From Escherichia coli O139:H1 (GTDB lineage Bacteria; Pseudomonadota; Gammaproteobacteria; Enterobacterales; Enterobacteriaceae), in NCBI RefSeq assembly GCF_019431335.1, contig NZ_CP080235.1: 32,000 nt of DNA. The stretch is one strand, 5' to 3'. The notes under the pieces were generated by a model. It searched no databases. It saw nothing but the letters and a program-made list of their open reading frames with translations, and had not been told where the DNA came from. How positions within the stretch are numbered: position 1 is the first letter of the stretch; every line of letters starts with the position of its first letter. This document shows positions 10,425 to 20,635 of the stretch, one piece after another. The translations under genes and the position numbers were made by a program.

Positions 10425-12743
10425 TTACAACGTAATTGTCAGCGCATTCCCTTGAGGAGTCACCACCAGTCCCTGCTCACTTTCAGCCTGCGAACCACCT
10501 TGCAGACCATTTACTTTCACAACATTGCGCAAGCACAGTGTCCAGTTCTTCGCCTCGCCCGCACCAGTCACAGTAATCGTGTTGCCAGTACGCGCCGCTT
10601 TCAGGGTGAAAAGAACGGAACCGTCAGCAGCGGGCACTTCACAGATGGCTTCATGCCCGTCTTGTAGATTAAAGAGCTGGAATGCCGTGCCTTCGTGCCA
10701 CGCGTAATCGGGACGTTGCTCGTTGTTGCCCAGCGCCAGTAGGGTGTTATCACGCACATAAACGGGCAGACTCAGGAAGCTGTGCTGCTGTTTATGCCAG
10801 CGACTACCATCGAGTTCATCGTTGTGCCACAGATGTGTCCAGCGACCTTCCGGCAAGTAGAACTGCACATCGCCCGCTTCAGTGAACACCGGAGCAACCA
10901 TCACGTTGTCGCCTAACATGTATTGACGGTCAAGGTAATCACAAGCCGGATCGTCCGGGAACTCCATCATCATGGCCCGCATCATCGGCGTACCCCGCGC
11001 GTTCGCACGAGCAGCTTCACGATACAGATACGGCATCATGCGGCATTTCAGTTGCGTGAAGAAGCGCACCACATCACAGGACTCATCATCGTAGGCCCAC
11101 GGCACACGATAAGATTTGCTGCCATGTAAACGGCTATGGCTGGAGAGCAAACCAAACGCGCACCAGCGTTTGTAAACGTGCGCCGGAGCGGTATTCTCAA
11201 AGCCGCCGATATCGTGGCTCCAGAAACCAAAACCTGAAAGGCCAATAGACAAACCACCGCGCAGGCTTTCCGCCATTGATTCGTAGTTAGCGTAACAGTC
11301 ACCACCCCAGTGTACCGGGAATTTCTGCGCACCAACGGAGGCCGAGCGAGCAAACAAGACGGCTTCTTCCTCGCCAACGGTTTCCTTGAGCACTTTCCAC
11401 ACCAGTTCGTTGTAGATGTACGCATAATGGTTATGCATTTTCTGCGGATCGGAACCGTCAAACCACTGAACATCGGTTGGAATACGTTCGCCAAAGTCGG
11501 TCTTAAAGCAATCAACGCCCATCGCGACCAGACCTTTCAGTTTGTCGGCGTACCATTTGCAGGCATCCGGATTGGTAAAGTCATAAATCGCCAGACCTGG
11601 CTGCCATTTATCCCACTGCCATAACGAACCGTCCGGGCGTTTGAGTAAATAGCCTTTCTCTTGTAACTCTTTAAAGACAGGGGATTTTTGCCCGATATAG
11701 GGGTTAATCCAGACGCAGATTTTTAGCCCTTTCGCTTTCAGGCGGCGGATCATCCCTTCCGGGTCCGGGAAAGTCAGCGGGTCCCACTCAAAATCGCACC
11801 ACTGGAAGGCTTTCATCCAGAAACAGTCAAAGTGGAAAACATGCAGTGGCAGATTGCGTTCCGCCATACCATCGATAAAGCTGTTTACCGTCGCTTCGTC
11901 GTAGTTGGTGGTAAATGAAGTGGTTAGCCACAGGCCGAAGGACCACGCGGGCGGCAGCGCCGGACGACCAGTAAAACGGGTATAACGATCAAGTACCGCT
12001 TTCGGCGTCGGGCCGTCGATAACAAAGTATTCGAGATATTCACTCTCAACGCTGAACTGCACTTTGGAGACTTTCTCCGATCCCACTTCAAAAGAGACGC
12101 ATTGAGGATGATTGACCAGTACCCCATAACCACGGTTAGTCATATAGAACGGAATATTTTTATACGCCTGTTCAGTACTTGTGCCGCCGTCCCGGTTCCA
12201 GGTCTCTACCGTCTGGCCATTGCGCACCAGGGCAGTAAAGCGCTCTCCCAGACCGTAAACTGTTTCGCCAACGCCAAGATCCAGCCGCTCAAACATATAA
12301 TTTCGTTGATTATTCGTGTCCTGCACGTAGCCATTATTTTTCACCTGACTACCGGTAATACGTTCGCCGTTGCGCAGAAAATCCAGTGACCAGAACTCAC
12401 CTTTGCTGACACGCGCGCTTAAGTTGCCACTTTTAAACTCAGCGTAACGTTCTGTGTTTTCGATTGTGACCTTCACGTCCTGCAAAATATTGAGCGGATA
12501 ATGAGGACCGTTATTCAGCGCCCCCTGAAAATGCTCAATCCGTACACCGACAATACCTTCCTGTGGGGAGAAAAAGCGCAGCGTAAATAAAGGCGTATCA
12601 AGCTGCCAGGTTCGTTCACGCACATCACGGGGGGCAGCATAGACCACCATTTCATTACCCTGCTGTTCAACCTCGAACACCTGAAGCGGGTGAATCAAAT
12701 TGAGGCCAGGTTGAATCAACCAGTTTCCGTCGCTAATTTTCAT
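10425..12743 (-). CDS. yicI: Alpha-xylosidase YicI (GH31)
   Basis: 772 aa; [14 protein letters not shown] catalytic region, [20 protein letters not shown]; K-12 length and order yicI-yicJ-selC. Confidence 0.96.
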   Translation of the reverse strand: MKISDGNWLIQPGLNLIHPLQVFEVEQQGNEMVVYAAPRDVRERTWQLDTPLFTLRFFSPQEGIVGVRIEHFQGALNNGPHYPLNILQDVKVTIENTERYAEFKSGNLSARVSKGEFWSLDFLRNGERITGSQVKNNGYVQDTNNQRNYMFERLDLGVGETVYGLGERFTALVRNGQTVETWNRDGGTSTEQAYKNIPFYMTNRGYGVLVNHPQCVSFEVGSEKVSKVQFSVESEYLEYFVIDGPTPKAVLDRYTRFTGRPALPPAWSFGLWLTTSFTTNYDEATVNSFIDGMAERNLPLHVFHFDCFWMKAFQWCDFEWDPLTFPDPEGMIRRLKAKGLKICVWINPYIGQKSPVFKELQEKGYLLKRPDGSLWQWDKWQPGLAIYDFTNPDACKWYADKLKGLVAMGVDCFKTDFGERIPTDVQWFDGSDPQKMHNHYAYIYNELVWKVLKETVGEEEAVLFARSASVGAQKFPVHWGGDCYANYESMAESLRGGLSIGLSGFGFWSHDIGGFENTAPAHVYKRWCAFGLLSSHSRLHGSKSYRVPWAYDDESCDVVRFFTQLKCRMMPYLYREAARANARGTPMMRAMMMEFPDDPACDYLDRQYMLGDNVMVAPVFTEAGDVQFYLPEGRWTHLWHNDELDGSRWHKQQHSFLSLPVYVRDNTLLALGNNEQRPDYAWHEGTAFQLFNLQDGHEAICEVPAADGSVLFTLKAARTGNTITVTGAGEAKNWTLCLRNVVKVNGLQGGSQAESEQGLVVTPQGNALTITL

Positions 12744-12752
12744 TGCCGTTCC

Positions 12753-14135
12753 TTAGTTCTGCACTTCTTGAGAGGTGAATTGTTGCTGGCAACGGCGTTT
12801 GCCCTGGGCCAGCTGTTCCATAACGGTTTTCAGATTGTGCGTCGTGAGTGAGTAGTAGCGTTTAGCGATAATCGCGCTCAGCAAATAACAGATCGCCGGA
12901 ACAATCGTGAATAGCGCAATAATGATGCTAATCGTGGCGCTGTTCTGCGCTTTTTCTGCCGCATCATATCCGCCATAAGCCAGCATCCAGCCGATAAGAG
13001 CGCCGCCGAAGGCCAACCCCAGTTTGAGCATAAACAGCGTGCCAGCAAAACTGATCCCGGTCAGGCGTTTACCATTGCACCACTCGCCGTAGTCGACGGT
13101 ATCGGACATCATTACCCACTGGATAGGTGTCACCAGTTGATGCAACACACCAATCACGAAGATGAAGACAAACATAGTGATGCTGGCCTGCATAGGAACA
13201 AAGAACATCGCGAGGCTAATCACTGCCAGCAGGGCGTTCGTCCACCAGAAGATAGTGACTTTACATTTCCAGTCGGTCAGCGGTTTTGCCAGTGCGGAAC
13301 CAATCAGGTTACCCACGCAATAAGTGGTGAGAAAAGCGACAAACACTTCCGGCGTACCCAAAATCCATGTGACGTAATACATCATCGCCCCACCGCGTAC
13401 GCACACCGCCAGGATATTGAAAATGGTTAGTAAACCGACAATCCGCCACTGGTCGTTTTGCCAGATATCACGTAAATCTTCCCGCATAGACGTCGTTGTA
13501 GGTGGTGCTTCAACGCGTTCTTTAGTGGTGAAGAAACAAAATGCCAGCATCATGAATGCCACCACGGAAAGGACCGCGATACCGCCCTGGAAACCGAGTG
13601 GTTTATTATCACCGCCAATTAAATTAACCAGTGGCATCATCAGAACAGTAGAGAGCATGCCTCCCGCGGTCGCCAGCACAAAACGCCAGGATTGCAGCGA
13701 GATACGCTGAGTCGGGTCATTGGTGATTACACCACCCAATGCGCAGTAAGGGATATTGACGACGGTATAAAGTAAGGTAAGTAGGGTGTAAGTAATTGCT
13801 GCATAGATCATTTTGCCGTTCATACTGAGATCTGGCGTGCTATAGGCCAGTACACAGACGATCCCAAATGGCAGTGCGCCAAACAGTACCCACGGACGAA
13901 ATTTACCCCAGCGAGAGCGCGTTCGATCGGCCAACAACCCCATGCAAGGATCGGAAATCGCATCCAGTGCACGAGCGACCAAAAACATGGTTCCGACAAA
14001 TCCGGCAGGAATGCCAAAAATATCGGTATAAAAGAACATCATATATAACATTACGTTATCGAAAATAATGTGGCTGGCGGCGTCTCCCATGCCATAACCA
14101 ATTTTCTCTTTAACGGACAACACTTCACTCTTCAT
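12753..14135 (-). CDS. yicJ: GPH-family sugar:cation symporter YicJ
   Basis: MKSEVLSVKEKIGYGMGDAASHIIFDN...; 460 aa from internal Met; GPH transporter signatures. Confidence 0.93.
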   Translation of the reverse strand: MKSEVLSVKEKIGYGMGDAASHIIFDNVMLYMMFFYTDIFGIPAGFVGTMFLVARALDAISDPCMGLLADRTRSRWGKFRPWVLFGALPFGIVCVLAYSTPDLSMNGKMIYAAITYTLLTLLYTVVNIPYCALGGVITNDPTQRISLQSWRFVLATAGGMLSTVLMMPLVNLIGGDNKPLGFQGGIAVLSVVAFMMLAFCFFTTKERVEAPPTTTSMREDLRDIWQNDQWRIVGLLTIFNILAVCVRGGAMMYYVTWILGTPEVFVAFLTTYCVGNLIGSALAKPLTDWKCKVTIFWWTNALLAVISLAMFFVPMQASITMFVFIFVIGVLHQLVTPIQWVMMSDTVDYGEWCNGKRLTGISFAGTLFMLKLGLAFGGALIGWMLAYGGYDAAEKAQNSATISIIIALFTIVPAICYLLSAIIAKRYYSLTTHNLKTVMEQLAQGKRRCQQQFTSQEVQN

Positions 14136-14427
14136 CTGCTTTTCCTTGATGCTATAGGGGTGCTGAGACCGATAACGCATTTTGTAAACCATCCCTGTGA
14201 GAGCGAATATTCCGATATCTGGTTATTAATTTATGATTCTTGTTTTATGTGATCGTGGTAGCGTTAATTCCGCTCATATATCATTGTAAAATATGGGTTT
14301 TATATGAATTATAATGCTTTCGTGATAATACGCTGCGTGTATTAGGCGGAAAAAACTGATCTGGGGGATGTAGAAACTCAAGGAAGTAGCTATAATGCGC
14401 CCCGCCTCCATGTAGCAATCGAGGCGC

Positions 14428-14522
14428 GGAAGATCGTCGTCTCCGGTGAGGCGGCTGGACTTCAAATCCAGTTGGGGCCGCCAGCGGTCCCGGGCAGGTT
14501 CGACTCCTGTGATCTTCCGCCA
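14428..14522 (+). tRNA. selC: tRNA-Sec (UCA anticodon)
   Basis: GGAAGATCGTCGTCTCCGGTGAGGCGGCTGGACTTCAAATCCAG...GGTTCGACTCCTGTGATCTTCCGCC, 95 nt with 8-bp acceptor stem, long variable arm and CTTCAAAT anticodon loop. Confidence 0.98.
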
Positions 14523-14523
14523 A
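14502..14523 (+). repeat. attL core GACTCCTGTGATCTTCCGCCAA (3' end of selC)
   Basis: Exact 22-nt match to 29160-29181. Confidence 0.93.
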
Positions 14524-14684
14524 ACTTCATCCAGCCAGTTCCGAGATACTCCATAAAATACTTTATATTCAATAAGATGAATAATCATCTTGTCCGTAAT
14601 AGTCCGAGACCATCTCCCTGAATCCGCGAAAAATATGTATAGTAATGTGTATAGAATCTTCATACGCAGTTTTCAGTTATACAC

Positions 14685-15881
14685 ATGGCTCTAACCGATA
14701 TACAAATCAAACGCGCAAAACCACAAGACAAACCATATACAATGAATGATGGGCAAGGCTTGTCATTACTCATCAATCCAGACGGCTCAAAGGGATGGCG
14801 ATTCCGCTTTCGTTTTGCCGGTAAAGCGCGGTTAATGTCATTTGGTAGTTACGATCTTGTAAGCCTCGCGGAAGCACGTGAGAAACGCGATACGGCACGT
14901 AAACAGGTTGCAAACGGCATTGATCCAGTAGAAGAACGTAAGGCTCAGAAAATTGCTCAGAAATTATCAACTGAAAACTCTTTTGAGGCCGTTAGCAGAG
15001 AATGGCATGCAACAAAAGCAGATCGCTGGACTTTAGCTTATCGCGAAGAAATTATTAAAACATTTGAACAGGATGTTTTTCCTTTCATTGGTAAACGGCC
15101 AATAGCTGAAATTAAACCCCTAGAACTGCTTGAAGTTCTTAAACGCATAGAAAAACGTGGAGCGTTGGAGAAAACCAGAAAAGTACGTCAACGATGCGGA
15201 GAGGTGTTTCGCTACGCGATCATCACTGGCCGCGCTGAATACAATCCAGCACCTGATTTAGCTATCGCTCTGGCCGTTCCTAAGCAAAAACACCACCCAT
15301 TTTTATCTGCCGAAGAATTGCCTTATTTTATTCAAGATCTTGAAGCGTATACCGGAAGCATCATCACTAAAAATGCGACAAAAATAGTCATGTTAACTGG
15401 CGTAAGAACTCAGGAAATGCGCTTTGCCACGTGGGATGAAGTTGACCTTGAGAAAGGAATATGGGAGATTCCAGCTGAAAGGATGAAAATGCGCAGACCT
15501 CATATTGTACCTCTATCTACTCAGGTGATTGCCCTTTTTAAACAGCTCAAGCCTATTAGCGGCCATTATCCCTACATTTTTATAGGTAGAAATAATCGTA
15601 GTAAACCTATATCTAAAGAAAGTGTGACACAGGTGATTGAGTTATTAGGCTACAAAGGTCGTGCAACAGGTCATGGGTTCAGGCATACCATGTCAACCAT
15701 TTTGCATGAAAAAGGATTCAATAGTGTATGGATTGAAATGCAATTAGCTCATGTAGATAAAAACACAATTCGAGGCACATATAACCATGCACAATATTTA
15801 GAGAAAAGGAAAGAAATGATGCAATGGTATAGTGATAGATTATATCCGAAAATGAATATGGAGATATATAATGCACTTTAA
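14685..15881 (+). CDS. int: P4-type tyrosine integrase
   Basis: MALTDIQIKRAKPQDKPYTMNDGQGLSLLINPDGSKGWRFRFRF; LTGVRTQEMRFATWDEVD, HGFRHTMSTIL, QLAHVDKNTIRGTYNHAQY catalytic boxes. Confidence 0.96.
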   Translation: MALTDIQIKRAKPQDKPYTMNDGQGLSLLINPDGSKGWRFRFRFAGKARLMSFGSYDLVSLAEAREKRDTARKQVANGIDPVEERKAQKIAQKLSTENSFEAVSREWHATKADRWTLAYREEIIKTFEQDVFPFIGKRPIAEIKPLELLEVLKRIEKRGALEKTRKVRQRCGEVFRYAIITGRAEYNPAPDLAIALAVPKQKHHPFLSAEELPYFIQDLEAYTGSIITKNATKIVMLTGVRTQEMRFATWDEVDLEKGIWEIPAERMKMRRPHIVPLSTQVIALFKQLKPISGHYPYIFIGRNNRSKPISKESVTQVIELLGYKGRATGHGFRHTMSTILHEKGFNSVWIEMQLAHVDKNTIRGTYNHAQYLEKRKEMMQWYSDRLYPKMNMEIYNAL

Positions 15882-16827
15882 ATTCTACACAACGTTAAGA
15901 TTTATGAATGTTATAGGGGATAATTTCGATGATTTTGACCTCCTTCCCGGAGTTACTCTAATAAGAGATAGGGCAAAAATTAGAAAAATAATTAACAAAG
16001 ATATTAAGCCTTTTACTGGTATCATTGAATATGAACATTTATACAATGCAAATCACATAATTTTTGCCGATCTTAAAGATGATTTTTTTCAGCCGTCTAC
16101 AAAAAGCAATTTTGCATTGACGACTTGGCTTTTGTGGATAGATATGCTTATAAATACTTCTTGGTTTATCAAGGATAATGGCATGCTTTGCGAAATTGCA
16201 TATTGCAATAAAACTGATCGCAAAGCATATTCCGAATGGTCGAACAATAGTCTATTAAGTTTATTTACGATGGCAAGCGGTTATCGCCATATTGATGTTG
16301 AATTTAACAGGAGTGACTTAACTAAGTGGGCAGATATAAACCATCGAGTTCAAACTCACCTATATAATAATAACTCTACTATTTTTGATTCTTTTGTTGA
16401 TTCAAAATATTCTCGCTATGGAAGGGCATTGAGTTTTATAAGATCAGCAAAGCGAGATTTCGATCCCGCAATGAAAATATCTCACTACTGCAGCGCACTT
16501 GAGAGCTTATTCTCAACAGATAGCTCTGAACTTTCTCATAAACTTTCTGAGCGGGTCGCTATTTTCTTAAAACCATATAACTTTGATCCTATCACTACAT
16601 TTGATGAAATAAAGTCATTCTATAACATTCGCTCTAAAGTTACTCATGGTGACAGTTTAAAATCATCTAAAGTTGGAAAACTACCAGAGGAAAGCATTAA
16701 ACTTGATAATTATTTAAGAGAAATAATGAATATAATAATAAACTCTGATGAGTTGATGGGTGTATTCAATGGTGATAAGGATAGCTTTGAAAGCTACTTC
16801 AAGAAAAAATTATTGCTTGGCATTTAA
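15871..16827 (+). CDS. HEPN-like (Apea-like) domain protein, putative RNase/defence cargo
   Basis: C-terminal YCSALESLFSTDSSELSHKLSERVAIFL...FYNIRSKVTHGD contains an R-x4-H motif (16630-16647) typical of HEPN RNases; overlaps int by 11 bp; alternative start Met at 15904. Lies between int and cos/psu, a known P4 cargo site. Confidence 0.68.
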   Translation: MHFKFYTTLRFMNVIGDNFDDFDLLPGVTLIRDRAKIRKIINKDIKPFTGIIEYEHLYNANHIIFADLKDDFFQPSTKSNFALTTWLLWIDMLINTSWFIKDNGMLCEIAYCNKTDRKAYSEWSNNSLLSLFTMASGYRHIDVEFNRSDLTKWADINHRVQTHLYNNNSTIFDSFVDSKYSRYGRALSFIRSAKRDFDPAMKISHYCSALESLFSTDSSELSHKLSERVAIFLKPYNFDPITTFDEIKSFYNIRSKVTHGDSLKSSKVGKLPEESIKLDNYLREIMNIIINSDELMGVFNGDKDSFESYFKKKLLLGI

Positions 16828-16852
16828 ATTGAAAATCATCCATTCGCGCGCA

Positions 16853-16871
16853 GTGCTTTCCCCGCCTCGCC
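16853..16871 (-). promoter_or_regulatory. P2/P4-type cos core, 19 nt
   Basis: + strand GTGCTTTCCCCGCCTCGCC is the reverse complement of GGCGAGGCGGGGAAAGCAC, the 19-nt P2/P4 cohesive-end sequence as I recall it. Confidence 0.87.
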
Positions 16872-16971
16872 CGCCCGCTTTGCGGGGCGGTTTTAATGCA
16901 GTTGCACTGACACGCTCACGCCGCGTCGGGCGCGGCGTAATCTGCAGGAAATGAGGCGGGAAAACGCATGC

Positions 16972-17005
16972 AAAGCCATGCACCTTATCGATGCATGGCT
17001 TTTTT
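16972..17005. terminator. Hairpin terminator downstream of psu
   Basis: AAAGCCATGCA-CCTTATCGA-TGCATGGCTTTTTT; U-tract better on + strand. Confidence 0.5.
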
Positions 17006-17035
17006 CAGTAAAAACAGGCGGATTTTCGGGGAATT

Positions 17036-17608
17036 TTACACAGACTGACGTGATGCCAGTTCTGCACTTTTACGCGAAAAAATCATGTTCTGCGCAGGGG
17101 TGAATTTTTCACGGCTGTCATCCACCGAAGCCGCGTCAGGCCTGAATCCGATGGTCGTTAAAATGTCGCTATCCTGTGCGGAATAATTAATTTTTTCACC
17201 CTTCGCAAGCCAGGACAGGAGGGCTTCACGCAGAGCATCTGTGGCACGCTGTATGGCACAGTTTCGGGCAATGGCCGTCAGCTCACTGTAGCCCATCAGC
17301 TCCGGTGCCAGTGCGGCCGCCAGTGCTGTGCCGTGCTGCTGCATAAAATCATTCAGCCGCTCGCGGATGCTGATGTGCTGAACGGCTTCATGCGAACGAA
17401 TATAACGACCGGCGGCCTGATTCACCTGCCATTTTCTGACTTCGATAATATTGCGTAATTCGTCCAGGCGGCTGACGTTTCTGCCTTCTCCTGACAGAAG
17501 CCGCAGATATTCCTGTTCGGCCGCTGCCAGCTCATTTTTGCGTTGCAGCCATGCCGCTTTGTTATTCTGGCAGACCTCAAAAGCCTGCTGTAATGACATT
17601 GTGGTCAC
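17036..17608 (-). CDS. psu: Polarity suppression protein Psu (capsid decoration, Rho inhibitor)
   Basis: 190-aa MTTMSLQQAFEVCQNNKAAWLQRKNELAAAEQEYLRLLSG...; P4 late operon position. Confidence 0.93.
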   Translation of the reverse strand: MTTMSLQQAFEVCQNNKAAWLQRKNELAAAEQEYLRLLSGEGRNVSRLDELRNIIEVRKWQVNQAAGRYIRSHEAVQHISIRERLNDFMQQHGTALAAALAPELMGYSELTAIARNCAIQRATDALREALLSWLAKGEKINYSAQDSDILTTIGFRPDAASVDDSREKFTPAQNMIFSRKSAELASRQSV

Positions 17609-17622
17609 ACCCCGTCTCCTGA

Positions 17623-17868
17623 TTAATGGTTGAATGGTGAGCTGTAACAGCCTTTAACTTTTCGGACAACAGCCGGTGCTGTGCTTGCCGGTGCTGGTTT
17701 TTCCTCCGTGACCGGAGAACGAATCACGGCACAAATTGACTCATGCGTTTTAAATGTCGCCGAACAGTAAATATTCTGGCACTGCAGATAACTTTCTTTG
17801 ACATTGTCACTCACATACCGGCTGGTGCGAGTATGCGCTGAATGACGACAGAAAGGGCAGCGCATCAT
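17623..17868 (-). CDS. Ogr/Delta-like zinc-finger late transcription activator, single-domain length (81 aa)
   Basis: MRCPFCRHSAHTRTSRYVSDNVKESYLQCQNIYCSATFKTHE: CxxC...CxxxxC Ogr/Delta zinc motif; overlaps sid stop by 4 nt. Confidence 0.88.
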   Translation of the reverse strand: MMRCPFCRHSAHTRTSRYVSDNVKESYLQCQNIYCSATFKTHESICAVIRSPVTEEKPAPASTAPAVVRKVKGCYSSPFNH

Positions 17869-18599
17869 GACAGCAGTCCTCTGGCCTTAAGCACTGCTCC
17901 CTGCTGGTCTATTTTGTCCTGCCACACCTTGCGCTGTGCCGGTGTGCCTGCCACCTCATAATCCATGTGCGGGAGTGTTGCCGCTGACAGTCCGGTCAGC
18001 CGGAGAACCGGCTCGCCGGTGAGGCTGATTTGCATCTGTTTTATTTTCTGTTCCAGCGATGATTTCACCTGCTGCATGACAGCCTTTTCCGGTGCGACGT
18101 AGCCCTGATGGCCGGTGGTGTTGGCGAGCGGATTTTCCTGTACCAGGATGCTCAGATGCATTGCCCGGACAAGCGCCTCACAGGTTTCATTCAGGGCGTG
18201 TTCCAGCTCATGCTCTGCATACAGACTCAGCAGGTGATGATGTGCCTTCCGGTAGGCGGTGGCCGTGCTGTCACACGCCCCTTTCAGGCGTTCACGTTCA
18301 AAATTCAGCACCACGGCCAGATTGTCATATTCCTGTACCAGCTCCCGGCGTGCCACGCGCTCAATGTGGCGCTGTTTCAGCTCGTCGCTCAGGACACCAC
18401 CGGCTGCACAAAAGGCCGTGCGCCAGTCGTCAGCGTCGTTTCCGTCGGCCTGCGCCAGCGCATTTTTTTCCTGCTCTGCCCGTTCAATGGCGGTGACGGT
18501 CTCATCCATCAGGCGGGCGTTCTCAAGATGAGCGGCTCTGGCCTTTTCCAGTTGTGCCAGTGCGGGTTGCAGATATTCAGGGATGGTGTTGTCAGACAT
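17865..18599 (-). CDS. sid: Capsid size determination protein Sid
   Basis: MSDNTIPEYLQPALAQLEKARAAHLENARLMDETVTAIERAEQEKNALAQADGNDADDWRTAFCAAGG..., 244 aa from internal Met, same length as P4 Sid as I recall it. Confidence 0.9.
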   Translation of the reverse strand: MSDNTIPEYLQPALAQLEKARAAHLENARLMDETVTAIERAEQEKNALAQADGNDADDWRTAFCAAGGVLSDELKQRHIERVARRELVQEYDNLAVVLNFERERLKGACDSTATAYRKAHHHLLSLYAEHELEHALNETCEALVRAMHLSILVQENPLANTTGHQGYVAPEKAVMQQVKSSLEQKIKQMQISLTGEPVLRLTGLSAATLPHMDYEVAGTPAQRKVWQDKIDQQGAVLKARGLLS

Positions 18600-18633
18600 T
18601 TTCCGGCTCCTCGTCACTTCAGGTTAAGAAAAT

Positions 18634-18689
18634 TGTGACGTACACCGGACAACAACACGACGCATTGCAGATGTGCCAGCCCTGACACA
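18634..18689 (-). promoter_or_regulatory. Tandem Delta/Ogr activator sites of the sid late promoter
   Basis: Two TGT-N12-ACA motifs: 18634-18651 and 18672-18689, centres 38 bp apart, upstream of sid. Confidence 0.72.
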
Positions 18690-18766
18690 GGAGACTCATC
18701 CTCAGACCGGCAAGCCAGGAAAAGGTCGCAGGAAAAACCGGCTTACTGTTTGTTTTTTTATCTTTT

Positions 18767-18872
18767 ACTGTTCACCTCTGTTCACCTTAAGAAAAAAGAT
18801 AAGTAATACAGTAATTTAAAGGGTGAACAATCGCAGTAATGACTGTTCACCGTCTGTTCACCACTGTTCACC
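18767..18872. repeat. P4 origin-like iteron cluster (GGTGAACAG/CTGTTCACC)
   Basis: Multiple CTGTTCACC repeats plus an inverted GGGTGAACAA around an AT-rich segment; same iteron as the copies downstream of alpha. Confidence 0.8.
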
Positions 18873-19006
18873 CGCTCATGGACTTTTTGTGCTGTTTACT
18901 ACTGTTTGTTTTTATTAATTCGCCGGGAATGAATAAGAAGAAACGATTTGTATTTCACTATAAAAATTACGAATTGCTTTAAGTGGCTTTAAATGACTTT
19001 AAGTGG

Positions 19007-19014
19007 AGATGAAC
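19007..19014 (+). repeat. Target-site duplication of IS66-family element, left copy AGATGAAC
   Basis: Identical to 21719-21726. Confidence 0.92.
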
Positions 19015-19044
19015 GTAAGCGGCTCGCCAGAACCGTATTGATAT

Positions 19045-20616
19045 TTACTGAGAGGTCAGATCAACTTTCCAGGGCAACAGATCGCGTACCCGGTTTGCCG
19101 GCCAATCCTGGATATGCTCAATGACGTAACGCAGCCATTTTTCTGGTTCCACATTGTTCAGACGGCATGTGCCGATCAGCGAGTACAACACCGCCGCATG
19201 TTCGCCACCGCTGTCGGAACCCGCGAAGAGCCAGTTTTTCCGGCCTACGGCCACTCCCCGTAAGGCGTTCTCTGCGATGTTGTTGTCGATTTCCACCCAG
19301 CCATTACTGCAGTACACGTTCAGGGCCTCCCACTGTTTCAGCAGGTATGCGAACGCTTTTGCCGTATCCGAGTGACGCGACAGTGTTTTCATCTGTTCCT
19401 GTATCCAGTCATACAGTGACTGCATCAGTGGAGCCGCTCTGGCTTTTCTTGCTGCCAGACGCTGTTCTGCTGAACATCCCCGGACTTCTGCCTCGATGAC
19501 ATACAGTTCACCGATACGCTGCAGGGCTTCCGTGGTGATGTCGGTTGGCACTCTTGCATGCACATCGTGGATTTTTCTCCGGGCATGGGCCATACACGCG
19601 GCTTCCGTTATTCTGCCGGATTCGTATAACGCCCGGTAACCACCGTAAGCATCTGCCTGAAGCACACCGCTGTAACCGGCCAGGTGATTCTGTGGATGGA
19701 TACCTTTCCGGTCCGGGCTGTACGCGAACCAGACCGCCGGGGGCATCTGTGAACCGGCGTTACGGTCATCACGGACATAGACCCACAGCCGGGCAGTTCT
19801 TGTTTTACCACTGCCCGGCTCCTGGACCGGAACGGGGATATCATCCGCATGGACTTTACCGGGCATCAGCACATACTGGCGCAGCACGTCATACAGCGGC
19901 TCCAGCAGTTCAGCAACGGCACCGGTCCAGCGCCCCAGCGTGGCGCGGCTCAGTTCCACGCCCTGACGAAGGTATATTTCTGACTGGCGGTATAACGGCA
20001 GATGGTCTGCATACTTCCCGGTGACGATATGAGCCAGAAGCCCCGCTCCGGCATAACTGCGTGCAATGGGTTTTGAAGGTACTGGTGCCTGCACGATATG
20101 GTCGCACCGGCAACAGGCCAGTTTCGGACGTTGTGTTTCGATAACCTTAAAAGCGCTGCTGATAAGCTCCAGTTGCTCTGACACATCACACCCCAGAGGA
20201 CTGAGGTCACCACCACAGGCCGGGCAGCATTCCTCTTCCGGCCGGATGACCCGGGTTTCACGGGGAAGTGAGGCCGGTAACGGCTTACGGGCTGAAGACT
20301 GGCGCAGGGCGGATGGCAGTACCGGGTCATATTGCTCATCCAGCGTTTCCGCCATTTCTTCCTGAAGTGCGCTGATTCGCTCCTGGGCTTCCTGTATCTG
20401 CCGTTCGGTTTTAGCGCGAAGTTTTTCTGAGCTTTTACCGAACTGCATGCGCTGCAGTTTCGCAACCAGCGCCTTCAGCCGGTTGATTTCGGAAGCATAA
20501 GCCGCCACCCGCTGTGAGAGCAGGCGGTTGTATTTCGCCATCTGGCGGATGGTGTCCTGTTGCGTCTGCAACAGTGCCCGCAGGCGGGCATTCTCATGAG
20601 CAAGTGAGGTGTCCAT
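19045..20616 (-). CDS. tnpC: IS66-family transposase (TnpC)
   Basis: 523 aa; [48 protein letters not shown]. Confidence 0.95.
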   Translation of the reverse strand: MDTSLAHENARLRALLQTQQDTIRQMAKYNRLLSQRVAAYASEINRLKALVAKLQRMQFGKSSEKLRAKTERQIQEAQERISALQEEMAETLDEQYDPVLPSALRQSSARKPLPASLPRETRVIRPEEECCPACGGDLSPLGCDVSEQLELISSAFKVIETQRPKLACCRCDHIVQAPVPSKPIARSYAGAGLLAHIVTGKYADHLPLYRQSEIYLRQGVELSRATLGRWTGAVAELLEPLYDVLRQYVLMPGKVHADDIPVPVQEPGSGKTRTARLWVYVRDDRNAGSQMPPAVWFAYSPDRKGIHPQNHLAGYSGVLQADAYGGYRALYESGRITEAACMAHARRKIHDVHARVPTDITTEALQRIGELYVIEAEVRGCSAEQRLAARKARAAPLMQSLYDWIQEQMKTLSRHSDTAKAFAYLLKQWEALNVYCSNGWVEIDNNIAENALRGVAVGRKNWLFAGSDSGGEHAAVLYSLIGTCRLNNVEPEKWLRYVIEHIQDWPANRVRDLLPWKVDLTSQ

Positions 20617-20635
20617 ATCCTCACTTTACAACGGG

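Noticed and set aside
11048-11515. 155-aa minus-strand ORF inside yicI
   Set aside because: Alternate frame of a well-supported GH31 gene.
14274-14663. Minus-strand ORFs over selC
   Set aside because: Overlap the tRNA gene and intergenic sequence; spurious.
18092-18638. Plus-strand ORFs (134 and 176 aa) across sid
   Set aside because: Shadow ORFs opposite sid; no recognisable protein features.
19545-20024. 159-aa and 171-aa ORFs inside the IS66 transposase gene
   Set aside because: Frame shadows within tnpC.
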